Assembly: GCA_027347985.1 (NCBI GenBank)
Contig: DAIEQH010000002.1
Location: 1 to 40,387, forward strand
Origin: Candidatus Nomurabacteria bacterium
GTDB lineage: Bacteria; Patescibacteriota; Minisyncoccia; Phycocordibacterales; UBA9973
Direction of reading: 5' to 3'
DNA: 40,387 nt
Every line of letters begins with the position of its first letter. The stretch's first letter is position 1. Position numbers and translations under genes: made by a program. Under the pieces are notes generated by a model. The model saw only the letters and a list, made by a program, of their open reading frames with translations, was not told the origin of the DNA and searched no databases. Positions 7,500-16,700 of the stretch are shown here, piece after piece.

Positions 7500-7591
7500 G
7501 TGGCACTTATGTTGTTTACGATTAATGTAAGTTAACCTTACACTCACAAGGCGAGTATAGCATACTTCAAATAAAAAAGCAAGTGTAACGG

Positions 7592-7619
7592 AAAAATCCT
7601 CTCGTGAGAGAGGATTTTT
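7592..7619 (-). terminator. Intrinsic terminator downstream of rnpB
   Basis: AAAAATCCTCTC-tcac-GAGAGGATTTTT lies on the minus strand about 10 nt past the RNase P RNA 3' end. Confidence 0.65.
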
Positions 7620-7628
7620 CATATATTT

Positions 7629-7930
7629 GGTCTTGTATCTATAAGCCGAATTCTGTATCCCAACTTGCGTTAGAATGATAGTTATTTGTCTAGGCCCTAA
7701 ATTACTCTAGAGCTCAAGCGATTCTCCCTGGCTTACGCCTAGGGCACGATCTTGCACACACGTAGGTATTTTGCCGTTTCACCCGAACTAAATCGGTTCG
7801 TCACTGTTCTCAACCCTATCCTTGCGGACGACGGGAATTACCCGCTACGCTTTCCCTAGCCTAAACTAGGGCTATGTGTTCGGACTTTCCTAACCCTATA
7901 AAATAGGGCTCAACTATCCAATACAGGACC
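7629..7930 (-). ncRNA. rnpB: RNase P RNA, bacterial type A, compact (~302 nt)
   Basis: No ORF is present and the region is GC-richer than its surroundings. The minus strand carries the universal P4 halves UUAGGAAAGUCCGAAC and ACAGAAUUCGGCUUAU, plus GGGUGAAACGGC, AGGCGUAAGCC and a P3 hairpin (AGCCCUAUUUUAUAGGGUU). P1 pairs GGUCCUGUAU with AUACAAGACC (9 of 10 positions). Confidence 0.85.
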
Positions 7931-7964
7931 GAGTAGATTGTAGAACAAAAAAATAAAAAAGTAA

Positions 7965-8000
7965 ATCCACACACTTATTTTATAAAATAAGTGTGTGGAT
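7965..8000 (-). terminator. Long perfect hairpin terminator after nrdJ
   Basis: ATCCACACACTTATTTTA / TAAAATAAGTGTGTGGAT. On the minus strand it is followed by a T-rich tract. Confidence 0.7.
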
Positions 8001-8003
8001 AAA

Positions 8004-10373
8004 CTAATTTTCAGGCATGCCATCTATTTTCTCTTTCTTGCCTTCTTCCGCTAGGATGTCATCAATAGAACAAACTCCAGAGACACAAGCGAATTCTTTT
8101 GCCCCGACAGTATTGTCTTCTTGTTCATAATAAATAAGTTTAGAAAAATCAATATGTTTTATTTCTTTCATTCTGTTATCATATTCTTCCTTAGAAATTT
8201 CTTCATAAGGAGCGAGCTGATAAACGTGTTCTGAACGAGGAAGGAAAGAAAGACCTCCAACAATATCCCAGTTTTCATAAATAAAGTTGGCAACTTTTAT
8301 CCATTCATCTTCACCTACATAGATAGTGACTGAAGGGTTGTGTTCAATATAATTAATTTTCAATCTTTTCCACTCATTTAGTAAATCAATTGCAGAAACT
8401 TGATCTCGAGTAACTGCCCCATCTGGTGCCTTGATTGGAAATTCAACTACGGCGACAGTGGAGTTTGCAGTAGAATATCCGACTTCTGCTTTAAATGGCA
8501 CTCCTTGATCTTTGATCAATTGGAAAAGAGGATCATTAGTAGAAATACGAACACGTCTTATATAATATTTAGCATACCATGGGTGCATACCAGAACCGAC
8601 GTATAAAAGTTGTCCAGAATTACCATGGGGTTTGATAGTCGTGATACAAGTAGAATTATTAATACCAAATTTCTTGGCATATTCTCTATTTACTTTGATG
8701 GACTCTTCACGAAGTTCTCCTAAAACTTTATCTGTTCTAATGGTTTTATTGTCATAGTAGCCAGTGATGGAAACACCGAGCAAAGCTTCTTCATCACAAT
8801 TGTTTTTCCATTCTTTTGAAAGATACCCAAAGTTGGTCAAAGTCGCTTGATAGGTGCCCAAGATGGTAGCAAGTTTAACTTTTCTTTTTAAATCTTCTAC
8901 TGTATCTCGTGGACGGACAACAATAGAGGTCAAATTACAGAATTGTTTAGAGCGAAGAGTAATCTCTCCACAAGGGTTAGAACCTGGCAACCCTACAATG
9001 ACATTTTGATCATCAATAATTCCTGCTTTTTTCCAATTCTCAATTCTGCGCTTTGGAAGCTGGGTCATGAGCCCACCTCTATTGAAAATTCCCCTCTCTC
9101 CTGTACCTGATTTAATCAATTCTATCCATTCATTCAAAAACTCTGAAGCAGAAGGCTTTTGGCTATATACAGCTGAGTTATTAGCCATAGAACGCTGTCC
9201 ATTTTCAACCCAAAACTGTCCTTGTTTTGATTTACGCATGGATTCATCATCAATATCGGAAAGAGAGATGAGAGCACTACGACGTACTCCTCCTGCAACT
9301 ACGATAAGCCCAATCTGGCAGATGATGTCGTGTAGGTCTAAGTTGGTAAGACGCTTTCCCTGCCTTGCCAATATTTTCTTTTTAGTAAAGTTTATTAAGT
9401 CAATGAGAGGTTGAGGACCTGAAGCACGACCACCAGCCACTTTCAAACGAGAACCCGATGGACGAACTTTACTATAATCAAACTCTATATCATATCCATC
9501 AGCCCAAGTCCTGCAGCCAAGTACATATGCATCTGCCCAACCTTCTTTACTATCTTCTACAAAATGAGTCGCTAATTTTTTTCCTGTCTGTCTTTTTATC
9601 TGCGGAAATTTTTGTACTGTTTCAGATTCAACAGAAAAACCTAACCCCGCACCGCACATAAGTATGTACATGATTTCTCCTAAATCTTGCCAAGCACTTG
9701 GCGCAACATAAGAACAATTGTAAGCCCAGACATTTGTTTTATCGCATGCTTCTCCTGCAGACCAAAGCAATCTCATCGATGGACAAATTTCTTGTTTTAA
9801 AATTCCTTCTTTCACATCGGCATAATCTTTGAGAGACATTTTGTCTCCGAGTTTTTTCTTCATGTAAGCCATGAATCTATCAATCGTCTCTATCCATGTC
9901 TCTCTTCTACCTAAATCATCTTGCCATTTTGAATAAGTTCTATAAAAAATAAACTCTTCATAAGAAGAAACGAAATAAGAACTAGATTCGTCGAAAACTT
10001 TTTTGTTTTCAGGGGCTATGGTGCCCACTTCACGCCTTAATTCAGCTCTTTTGGATCTATATAAAATATAAGATTTAGCTGTGGAATGATATCCTTGCTC
10101 CATAAGCTCGGATTCTACGATATCTTGCACCATTTCTACGGTCGGAACGAATTTTTTGTCTTTACTTTCTTCTTTTAGATGGACTAATTTATGGAAAACT
10201 TTTGTTGCGACATCTTTTGCTTCTCTTTTTTCTCCTTCAGCAGTTATGACGAACGCTTTATATACAGCATCCGCGATTTTATTTATATTAAAAGGAATCA
10301 CTTCTCCTTCACGATTCCTTACACTCTTAATCCTGTTCAATTCTTTCTTGCCCAAAATAAAATCTTTTTCCAT
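8004..10373 (-). CDS. nrdJ: Ribonucleotide reductase, class II (adenosylcobalamin-dependent) with N-terminal ATP-cone
   Basis: Evidence includes an ATP-cone (VRNREGEVIPFNINKIADAV), the active-site motifs SNPCGEITL and FCNLTS, and a C-terminal Cys pair (CVSGVC). It is a single ~790-aa chain. I moved the start to ATG 10373 (MEKDF...). The 23 hydrophobic codons upstream in the ORF track look spurious. Confidence 0.8.
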   Translation of the reverse strand: MEKDFILGKKELNRIKSVRNREGEVIPFNINKIADAVYKAFVITAEGEKREAKDVATKVFHKLVHLKEESKDKKFVPTVEMVQDIVESELMEQGYHSTAKSYILYRSKRAELRREVGTIAPENKKVFDESSSYFVSSYEEFIFYRTYSKWQDDLGRRETWIETIDRFMAYMKKKLGDKMSLKDYADVKEGILKQEICPSMRLLWSAGEACDKTNVWAYNCSYVAPSAWQDLGEIMYILMCGAGLGFSVESETVQKFPQIKRQTGKKLATHFVEDSKEGWADAYVLGCRTWADGYDIEFDYSKVRPSGSRLKVAGGRASGPQPLIDLINFTKKKILARQGKRLTNLDLHDIICQIGLIVVAGGVRRSALISLSDIDDESMRKSKQGQFWVENGQRSMANNSAVYSQKPSASEFLNEWIELIKSGTGERGIFNRGGLMTQLPKRRIENWKKAGIIDDQNVIVGLPGSNPCGEITLRSKQFCNLTSIVVRPRDTVEDLKRKVKLATILGTYQATLTNFGYLSKEWKNNCDEEALLGVSITGYYDNKTIRTDKVLGELREESIKVNREYAKKFGINNSTCITTIKPHGNSGQLLYVGSGMHPWYAKYYIRRVRISTNDPLFQLIKDQGVPFKAEVGYSTANSTVAVVEFPIKAPDGAVTRDQVSAIDLLNEWKRLKINYIEHNPSVTIYVGEDEWIKVANFIYENWDIVGGLSFLPRSEHVYQLAPYEEISKEEYDNRMKEIKHIDFSKLIYYEQEDNTVGAKEFACVSGVCSIDDILAEEGKKEKIDGMPEN

Positions 10374-10379
10374 AGCATG

Positions 10380-10409
10380 ATTATACTGGTAAAAAATAAT
10401 TTGTGCCAG
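10380..10409 (-). promoter_or_regulatory. Candidate promoter giving a leaderless nrdJ mRNA
   Basis: On the minus strand, TATAAT (10380-10385) is followed by exactly 6 nt (catgct) and then ATG. The -35 is weak (CTGGCA/TGGCAC at 17-18 bp). Confidence 0.4.
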
Positions 10410-10502
10410 AAAAATGAAGTGGAAAACAACCAAAAATGACACAAAAAAACAACTTTAAAAAAGTGTAAATAGCAGTTCTTTTAGAAGCTTATAGAACAAG
10501 CT

Positions 10503-11000
10503 TTAAGGGGACAAAAAATAGACTAAATCACCTACTTTCAAATTATTTTTTTTCGAAAATCCAGCATTTACCTCTAAAACGTACTTACTATCCATATCTG
10601 GTGAAAAACTTTCTGGATATGATTCCGGCATAGCATTTTCTTTTATATAAACTACATGATAATCATCTGAAATCCAAATAATATCCAAAGGAAATTTCAT
10701 GTCCTTCATCCAAAAAGAATATTTATTTATATAGCTGAAAATGAAAAGCATGCCTTCGTCTTCTTTTAAATTATCTCTACCAGAAAGTCCTTGCTCTTGG
10801 TCTTTTTCTGTTAAAGCTAGTTCAACTTTTAAAATTTTCCCAGCTATTTTTACAGACTGAATGTCACTTGGAGGCCTTGCCTCCTTGGGGAGGCAAGGCC
10901 TCCAAGTACACGGATAATTTATTAAAAAGAAACACAAAAAAATAAAAATAATAATTAATAAAATAGAAAAAATATTTTTATTTTTATTTATGATCTCCAT
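10503..11000 (-). CDS. DUF192 domain protein with N-terminal membrane anchor
   Basis: The DUF192 core is VELALTEKDQEQGLSGR...GMLFIF...FWMKDMKFPLDIIWI...YVLEVNAG. I set the start at ATG 11000 (MEIINKNKN...), which overlaps the upstream stop by 17 nt. Confidence 0.7.
   Translation of the reverse strand: MEIINKNKNIFSILLIIIFIFLCFFLINYPCTWRPCLPKEARPPSDIQSVKIAGKILKVELALTEKDQEQGLSGRDNLKEDEGMLFIFSYINKYSFWMKDMKFPLDIIWISDDYHVVYIKENAMPESYPESFSPDMDSKYVLEVNAGFSKKNNLKVGDLVYFLSP
10866..10907. repeat. GC-rich 19-bp-arm perfect palindrome inside the DUF192 coding region
   Basis: ACTTGGAGGCCTTGCCTCC-ttgg-GGAGGCAAGGCCTCCAAGT. It encodes TWRPCLPKEARPPS in the linker between the TM anchor and the DUF192 domain. 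Confidence 0.9.
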
Positions 11001-12375
11001 TCCAGCCAAAAAGTTTACCGACAGATTCTGCCGATTCATGTTTGCGAGCAATTTTTATTTCTCCATCTTTAGCAACAATTTTTGCAGGAAGAGAAAGTAA
11101 ACAATGATGTGAAGCAAGAGAATCTTGATACGCTCCTGTATCCAAAATTGCGAGGTATTGATCTTCTCCATCTATCTTCGGTAAGAGCATATAATCTCCG
11201 CCTGCAGTATATTTGTCGTCAGAGTCACAAGAACTTCCTGCAAGCCACACTCTCTTGAGTGGGGACATCATGTTGTTCGCTGGTATTACATAAAGTTTTC
11301 TATGTACTGCCCAAGTATCTTTCAAATCATTCATGAAACTTCCATCAATGATATACCAAGCTCTCGCATTTGCTTTTTCAATATATTTTTTAGAAATTAC
11401 TTTGTAAATAGTTATTTGAGCGGGATCAACAATATACCAACCCCACTCTATGGCAAGATTTGGATGTTTTACTTGAGCTTTATCGGAAAGATTTTTCAAT
11501 AATTTTATTATTTTACTAGAAACAACTTTGGCAGTATAAAATTTCTTTTTCTCATGAGAGAGACCGAAACCTCCACCGATATCTAATGTATCTAGTGAAG
11601 GATATTTTTTTTGTAATTCAATATATATACCAAAGCCTCGTTTTATAGCATCTAATATACTTTTCTGTGTCTTTATTTGTGAACCCAAATGATAATGTAA
11701 AATCTTCAAATTCTTCATTTTGGGTAGGTCAAGTATATCTTTTTCGGAAAGTCCAAAACGGTCAAACTTTTTGTCCCAGCGTGTGTCAGATTTAATAGAA
11801 AGGTCTACTCGTGCCCCTTTATCTCCTTTATATTTAGAGATTCTTTCAATTTCTTCAGGACCCTCTATTATAGGTACTATATTCATACCCTTGCCATGTA
11901 ATTCTTCTATCAAGTCTAAATATTGGTCAGTCTTTGGGCCATTACATAAAACACGGATTTTATTATTAAATCTTTCCCCTTCCCAAAGCTTTTTAACTAG
12001 CCAAAGTTCATTAGCAGAAGTCACTTCTAAATTTGCCCCTTCGGAAATGAGAGGAAGGACAAACTCTCTGTTTTGGTTTACTTTCATCGGATAGTGATAA
12101 AAGAATTTTCCTTTATATCCATAAATTTTTATATAAGCCTGAAAGTAGCCGATCAAATCTTTCAATCTGTCTTCCAAGACAAAAGGGAAAATCACCTGAA
12201 GAGGTGTTCCATATTTTCGTGCAAGGTCGTGTAAATTGTAGATATGATGACCTTCTGTGGCTGTAAGCTCTCCGTCTTTACTCATACCCAAAAACTGAGT
12301 GTTGAATTCTTCCGTACCGAGCTTCCAAAATTTCTTCCAATTTTTTCCCTGTTTTTTTGTTTTTCTCTTAGCCAT
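10984..12375 (-). CDS. PLP-dependent Orn/DAP/Arg decarboxylase family protein, arginine-decarboxylase (SpeA)-like
   Basis: Family motifs: YPMKVNQNREFV (PLP Lys context), HYHLGSQ, DIGGGFG, GSSCDSDD, DTGAYQDSL. Substrate is not assignable by eye. Confidence 0.65.
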   Translation of the reverse strand: MAKRKTKKQGKNWKKFWKLGTEEFNTQFLGMSKDGELTATEGHHIYNLHDLARKYGTPLQVIFPFVLEDRLKDLIGYFQAYIKIYGYKGKFFYHYPMKVNQNREFVLPLISEGANLEVTSANELWLVKKLWEGERFNNKIRVLCNGPKTDQYLDLIEELHGKGMNIVPIIEGPEEIERISKYKGDKGARVDLSIKSDTRWDKKFDRFGLSEKDILDLPKMKNLKILHYHLGSQIKTQKSILDAIKRGFGIYIELQKKYPSLDTLDIGGGFGLSHEKKKFYTAKVVSSKIIKLLKNLSDKAQVKHPNLAIEWGWYIVDPAQITIYKVISKKYIEKANARAWYIIDGSFMNDLKDTWAVHRKLYVIPANNMMSPLKRVWLAGSSCDSDDKYTAGGDYMLLPKIDGEDQYLAILDTGAYQDSLASHHCLLSLPAKIVAKDGEIKIARKHESAESVGKLFGWNGDHK

Positions 12376-12427
12376 TTAAATTTTATTTAGTCAAAAACTA
12401 GTATACCAAGTACTCAAAATTTGTAAA

Positions 12428-12455
12428 CCCCCACACCTATGCATAGGTGTGGGGG
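12428..12455 (-). terminator. Perfect 28-bp palindrome terminator after tgt
   Basis: CCCCCACACCTATGCATAGGTGTGGGGG is followed on the minus strand by TTTACAAATTTT. Confidence 0.65.
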
Positions 12456-12464
12456 TAAAGAGTT

Positions 12465-13784
12465 TTAACTTTCTTTCAAATAGGTCTTCAAAAATTCTTT
12501 TTTGAATTCAAAAAATTTGTCGTCTAGAATAGACTGACGAATTTGGTCTACTAAGTGCACAATAAAATATAAATTGTGAATAGAGGCGAGAGTGCCAGCC
12601 AACATTTCTTTTCCATGAAAAAGATGCGCAATGTAAGATTTCGTGTAATTTTTACAGGTATAACATTCACAATCTTTTTCTATTGGTGAAAAATCATTCC
12701 TAAATTTTGTATTAGTAATTATTATTTTCCCATTTTTTGTATAAATGGTTCCGTTTCTTCCGAGCCTTGTCGGCAAAACACAATCAAATAAATCTACTCC
12801 ATTTTCTATTCCCATAAATAAATCTTCTGGTTCTCCTATCCCAAGTAAGTGTCGAGGTTTTTCTTCCGGAAGTATTTCATTCACCCACTTCACAGCCGAA
12901 GACATATCTTCTTTCGCAAAAGAACCACCAATACCAAAACCGTCAAAATATTTTCCATCTACATTCGTCTCTGCAATAATTTTTGCAGACTTTTTTCGTA
13001 AACTTTCATCTCTCCCTCCTTGTACGATTCCGAAGAGTGCAGGAGAAAATTCCTCTCCTCCTTTTTGAGGAGAAGTGCCCTTTAGGGCGAGGTGGTGATC
13101 TTTTAAATCACCACCCCCAACCCCCTCCTCTACAAGGAGGGGAGCTAAATTTTCTCCACCTAATTTAATATGTTCGGCTAAACTCCTTTCCGCCCAACGA
13201 TGTGTGCGCTCTAGAGCTTCCTCTTGATATTTCAAGTCCTCAGTTGGACTCGTACATTCATCAAAAGCAAAAATTATATCCGCCCCTAGATTATGTTGGA
13301 TTTGGATTGATTTCTCAGGAGTAATATAGTGGATAGAGCCATCTAAGTGAGATTTGAAGGAAACCCCGTCTTGCCCTATTTTTGCTAGTCTAGGAGCATC
13401 AGAATCATCAAATCTCTCTGGTATTAAAAGTGTAGGGTCAGTGATTTTAGTAATTTTAGAAATATCTTTGCCATAAGCAGCACCGAGAGAAAAAACTTGA
13501 AAACCGCCAGAGTCTGTCATGGTTGGCCCTTTCCAATTCATAAACTTACCTATACCTCCTGCATCACGCACTATTTCGTCTCCAGGCTGTAAATATAAAT
13601 GATAAGTATTCCCGAGAACCACCTGTACTCCAGCATCTTTCACTTGTTCCGGATTTAAAGATTTCACTGTCGCTTTCGTCCCGACAGCCACAAAAGCCGG
13701 AGTTTTAATTTCTCCATGCGGAGTCGTAAGCACTCCTACCCTTCCCAAACTATTTTTTAATTTTTTTTCAATTTTAAATTGCAT
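12465..13784 (-). CDS. tgt: tRNA-guanine transglycosylase (queuine tRNA-ribosyltransferase)
   Basis: Motifs: DSGGFQVFSL, FAFDECT, LFGIVQGG, GFGIGG, LLGIGEP, FDCVLPTR, and the zinc site CECYTCKNY...H. It carries lineage-specific insertions (see findings). Confidence 0.9.
   Translation of the reverse strand: MQFKIEKKLKNSLGRVGVLTTPHGEIKTPAFVAVGTKATVKSLNPEQVKDAGVQVVLGNTYHLYLQPGDEIVRDAGGIGKFMNWKGPTMTDSGGFQVFSLGAAYGKDISKITKITDPTLLIPERFDDSDAPRLAKIGQDGVSFKSHLDGSIHYITPEKSIQIQHNLGADIIFAFDECTSPTEDLKYQEEALERTHRWAERSLAEHIKLGGENLAPLLVEEGVGGGDLKDHHLALKGTSPQKGGEEFSPALFGIVQGGRDESLRKKSAKIIAETNVDGKYFDGFGIGGSFAKEDMSSAVKWVNEILPEEKPRHLLGIGEPEDLFMGIENGVDLFDCVLPTRLGRNGTIYTKNGKIIITNTKFRNDFSPIEKDCECYTCKNYTKSYIAHLFHGKEMLAGTLASIHNLYFIVHLVDQIRQSILDDKFFEFKKEFLKTYLKES
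13091..13142. repeat. GC-rich hairpin pair inside the tgt coding region
   Basis: GGTGGTGAT-cttttaa-ATCACCACC (13091-13115) and CCCCTCC-tctacaa-GGAGGGG (13122-13142). They lie within a ~40-codon segment that I do not recall in canonical Tgt proteins. Confidence 0.8.
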
Positions 13785-13788
13785 TTAT

Positions 13789-16700
13789 TTATGGAAGCCA
13801 TACTGCGTTAAGATCTTCTTGATAAACATATCCGGCACTTAGCTCATGCTTATTTTCTAAATTAAAAGTTATATCACTACCTTCTGCATTGTGTAGAATT
13901 GATTTTTCGAGACTGGTTTGAAAAAGCCCAGAACGATTTGTTGAATGCCCATGCCTCTTATCAACCAAAATACCATCAAATTTATTTTCCTTCGCAAAAT
14001 TAATAATTTCTTTTGTAATCAATTTATAAAGTTTTTCAGCTGACACTTGAGAAACTAAATCCACAGAAGGATTTGGACAATACAAAAGATATTTTTTGTC
14101 TCCCGGTTCTTCCATTTTTAAAAGCATCGTAGTTCCAACACATTTTTTACGTTCTTCATCAAAAAATACAAATTCAAAATAATTTTTATTCTCAAGCATT
14201 TTGGGATTAACTGCAATACAGACGTCCCCTACCATGCGTGCATGTGCATTTTCCCGATTTTTAGAAAAGTATCCTTTTATAAGACGTTCTTTAGACATTT
14301 TAACCTCTCCTTTTTTATTTTCATCTATCTCTTTGATTTCTTCATATTTATCTAATTCACTTTTTATATTCTCATACGTTTTCTGACGAAGTGTCTCCAG
14401 TTGCTGAATATCAATATCAACTTCATTATTTACTTCTTGAAATATTTCTTTCATCTTCTCTCTAAAAATTTCCTGGAAAGAGGAAAAATTTTCTTTTGTA
14501 AAAGAACCTGCGAATGCTTCAGCAATATTTTTTATTGATGGGATTTGTTGAAACGTATTTATAATAGATTTCGCAACTTTCTTTTGAATTGTCACAGTTG
14601 CCAATTTGTCTTCTGGAACCTGAGAAAGCTCATTTAATATTTTTGAAGAAAGCTTCTCTCCTTTTTTAATTTCATCTCCAATATCTTTAACAAACAAACC
14701 TTTGTCTTCTGAATTACTTACTTTCTTGCCTATTTCTTTAAGCGTCTCTTTCATTAAGTCGCCATAACGTTCAGAAAGCTCTGAAAGCATCACATATTCT
14801 TTACCTTCCATTTTTTCATACATATCTGTTCTATCTACACTTTCTCTAACAAATTGATCATAATTCCCGTGCAATTGATAAGCCAATAAAAGATCGACTG
14901 ACTTCGAATCATTACGATTTTTACGTATATATTCTATTATCTTTCCCTCAAGAGTTTTTGACTCTGTTTCTGGAAAATTTTGGGAAATGAAATCTGTTAG
15001 ATTCTCATTGCTTGCGGCTAAGTTTTCAATATCTTTAATTCTGTTTTGATAATTTGAGAGCAATTCTGGATCTTTATTATAACCATCTTTAATTTTATAA
15101 CCCACAACACCAGAAAGGCGCATTTGATAACCATTTTTATCGAAATTATAAGAATCTAAATCTTCACTTCTGTCTTTGTATTGATTGATGTATGTATAAG
15201 TATTATAATTTCGAGTTGGATAAACTTCCTGACAAACTTTTATATAAATTCTATTGTCTTCAATTGAAATTGGTTTATTTTTAGTTAGATTAGAAACATT
15301 CTTTTCAAATTCTTCAAAAAAAATTTTTCTATCTTTTAATGTTGATTCATTAGAATTATCAAGGTCTTTAAATTTATTTACATAAAAAATAACCATACTT
15401 TCATTCTCAGTAAAAACTTCGGCTTCCTCTATTAATTGGATGATCTCTTTCTTTTTGGACTCCGGTTCATAAGAAAAGTTTTTAAAATAAAAAAGTTCTT
15501 GATATATTTCTTTTGATAAACCATTTTTAGAAAACCACCCTTTTTCAAATAATCCTTGCAGGAGGGGAATATTATTTTGGCTTATCAGTTTTTGAGCATA
15601 TTCCCACTGATCTTCTGGTTTTAACAAATCTAAGTATAAATTTTCTTGATTATTTTTAACCAACTGATCTCTAAACCATACATAATCATTTTTTGAAAAA
15701 TATCCAATATATTTATAAAAATTATTTAAAAAAGTAATATATCCATCTTCAATATATTTTTTAATTTTTTCTATTTTATCTACTGATAGAGATTCTATAG
15801 GGGCTCTACCCCAATCTGTATTTCCAAAAAGGTCTTTCATCTCTTCTCCTTTTTCCTTATATTCATCTAATCCATCAAATTTTGAAATTTCTTCAAAACT
15901 TCCAATTTTTTGATGTTTAAAAGCAAAATCTATTATCTCTTTTTTTATACCTTCTTCACATTTTAATCTAGTCAAAGTATACAATATTTCTTCAAGATGG
16001 TAAGGATAATCAGGTTTGTAATTAACTACAAAAAACTTCAACTGGTTTATGTTTGAGTCTTCAAATTTTTCAACATTATCTAAAACAATATATCCAGCAT
16101 TTCTTGAAATTAACTCTTTTGAAACTTCGTAACTATATTTTTTTTGTGATGAATATGTTTTAATTATATCATTTAACCAGAACGCACCAATATTTTTATT
16201 TCTTATCACTTCAATAACAAGTGACTCCGGAACATTTTCAAGATTGTCTTTAAAAGAATGTTCTGGAATCTTAGCTAATTGTTTACCAAACCCAGCTCTT
16301 ACAAGCTCATCGAGCTCTTTTTCATTTAATTTTCTTTTTTTATCACCATAAAAAAAACCTAAATAATGGGCTAAATTATCAAATTCTAATTTATCTATAG
16401 AAAATTCATTCCTGCCATCCTTATAATATTTTTCTAAATCAGACAAATCACCAGACAATAAGAGCGCTATCTTGGAACGTAAAACTAGCTCAGCATCTGG
16501 CCTTTTCTCTTGATCTTTACTTTTATATCTATACCTTTTTTCATCTTCCAAAACATTCTTAATTCTCGATATTAAAATGGCCTTGGTTTCTTCAAGATTT
16601 TTATTTTCATCATGTTCAATTAATTTTCCCTGTGCAACTTGAATTTTCTTTAAACTTTCTTCCAAGTCATTTTTTATTTCTTCTTCAAACTCTTTGAGAG

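Noticed and set aside
10374-10442. 23-codon N-terminal extension of nrdJ (MSFLVVFHFIFLAQIIFYQYNHA)
   Set aside because: It is a hydrophobic AT-codon artefact preceding a good ATG that starts the ATP-cone. A -10 box sits inside the extension.
10443-10502. Cobalamin riboswitch upstream of the B12-dependent RNR
   Set aside because: Only about 130 nt separate nrdJ from the next gene, with no B12-box-like sequence. The predicted promoter leaves no leader.
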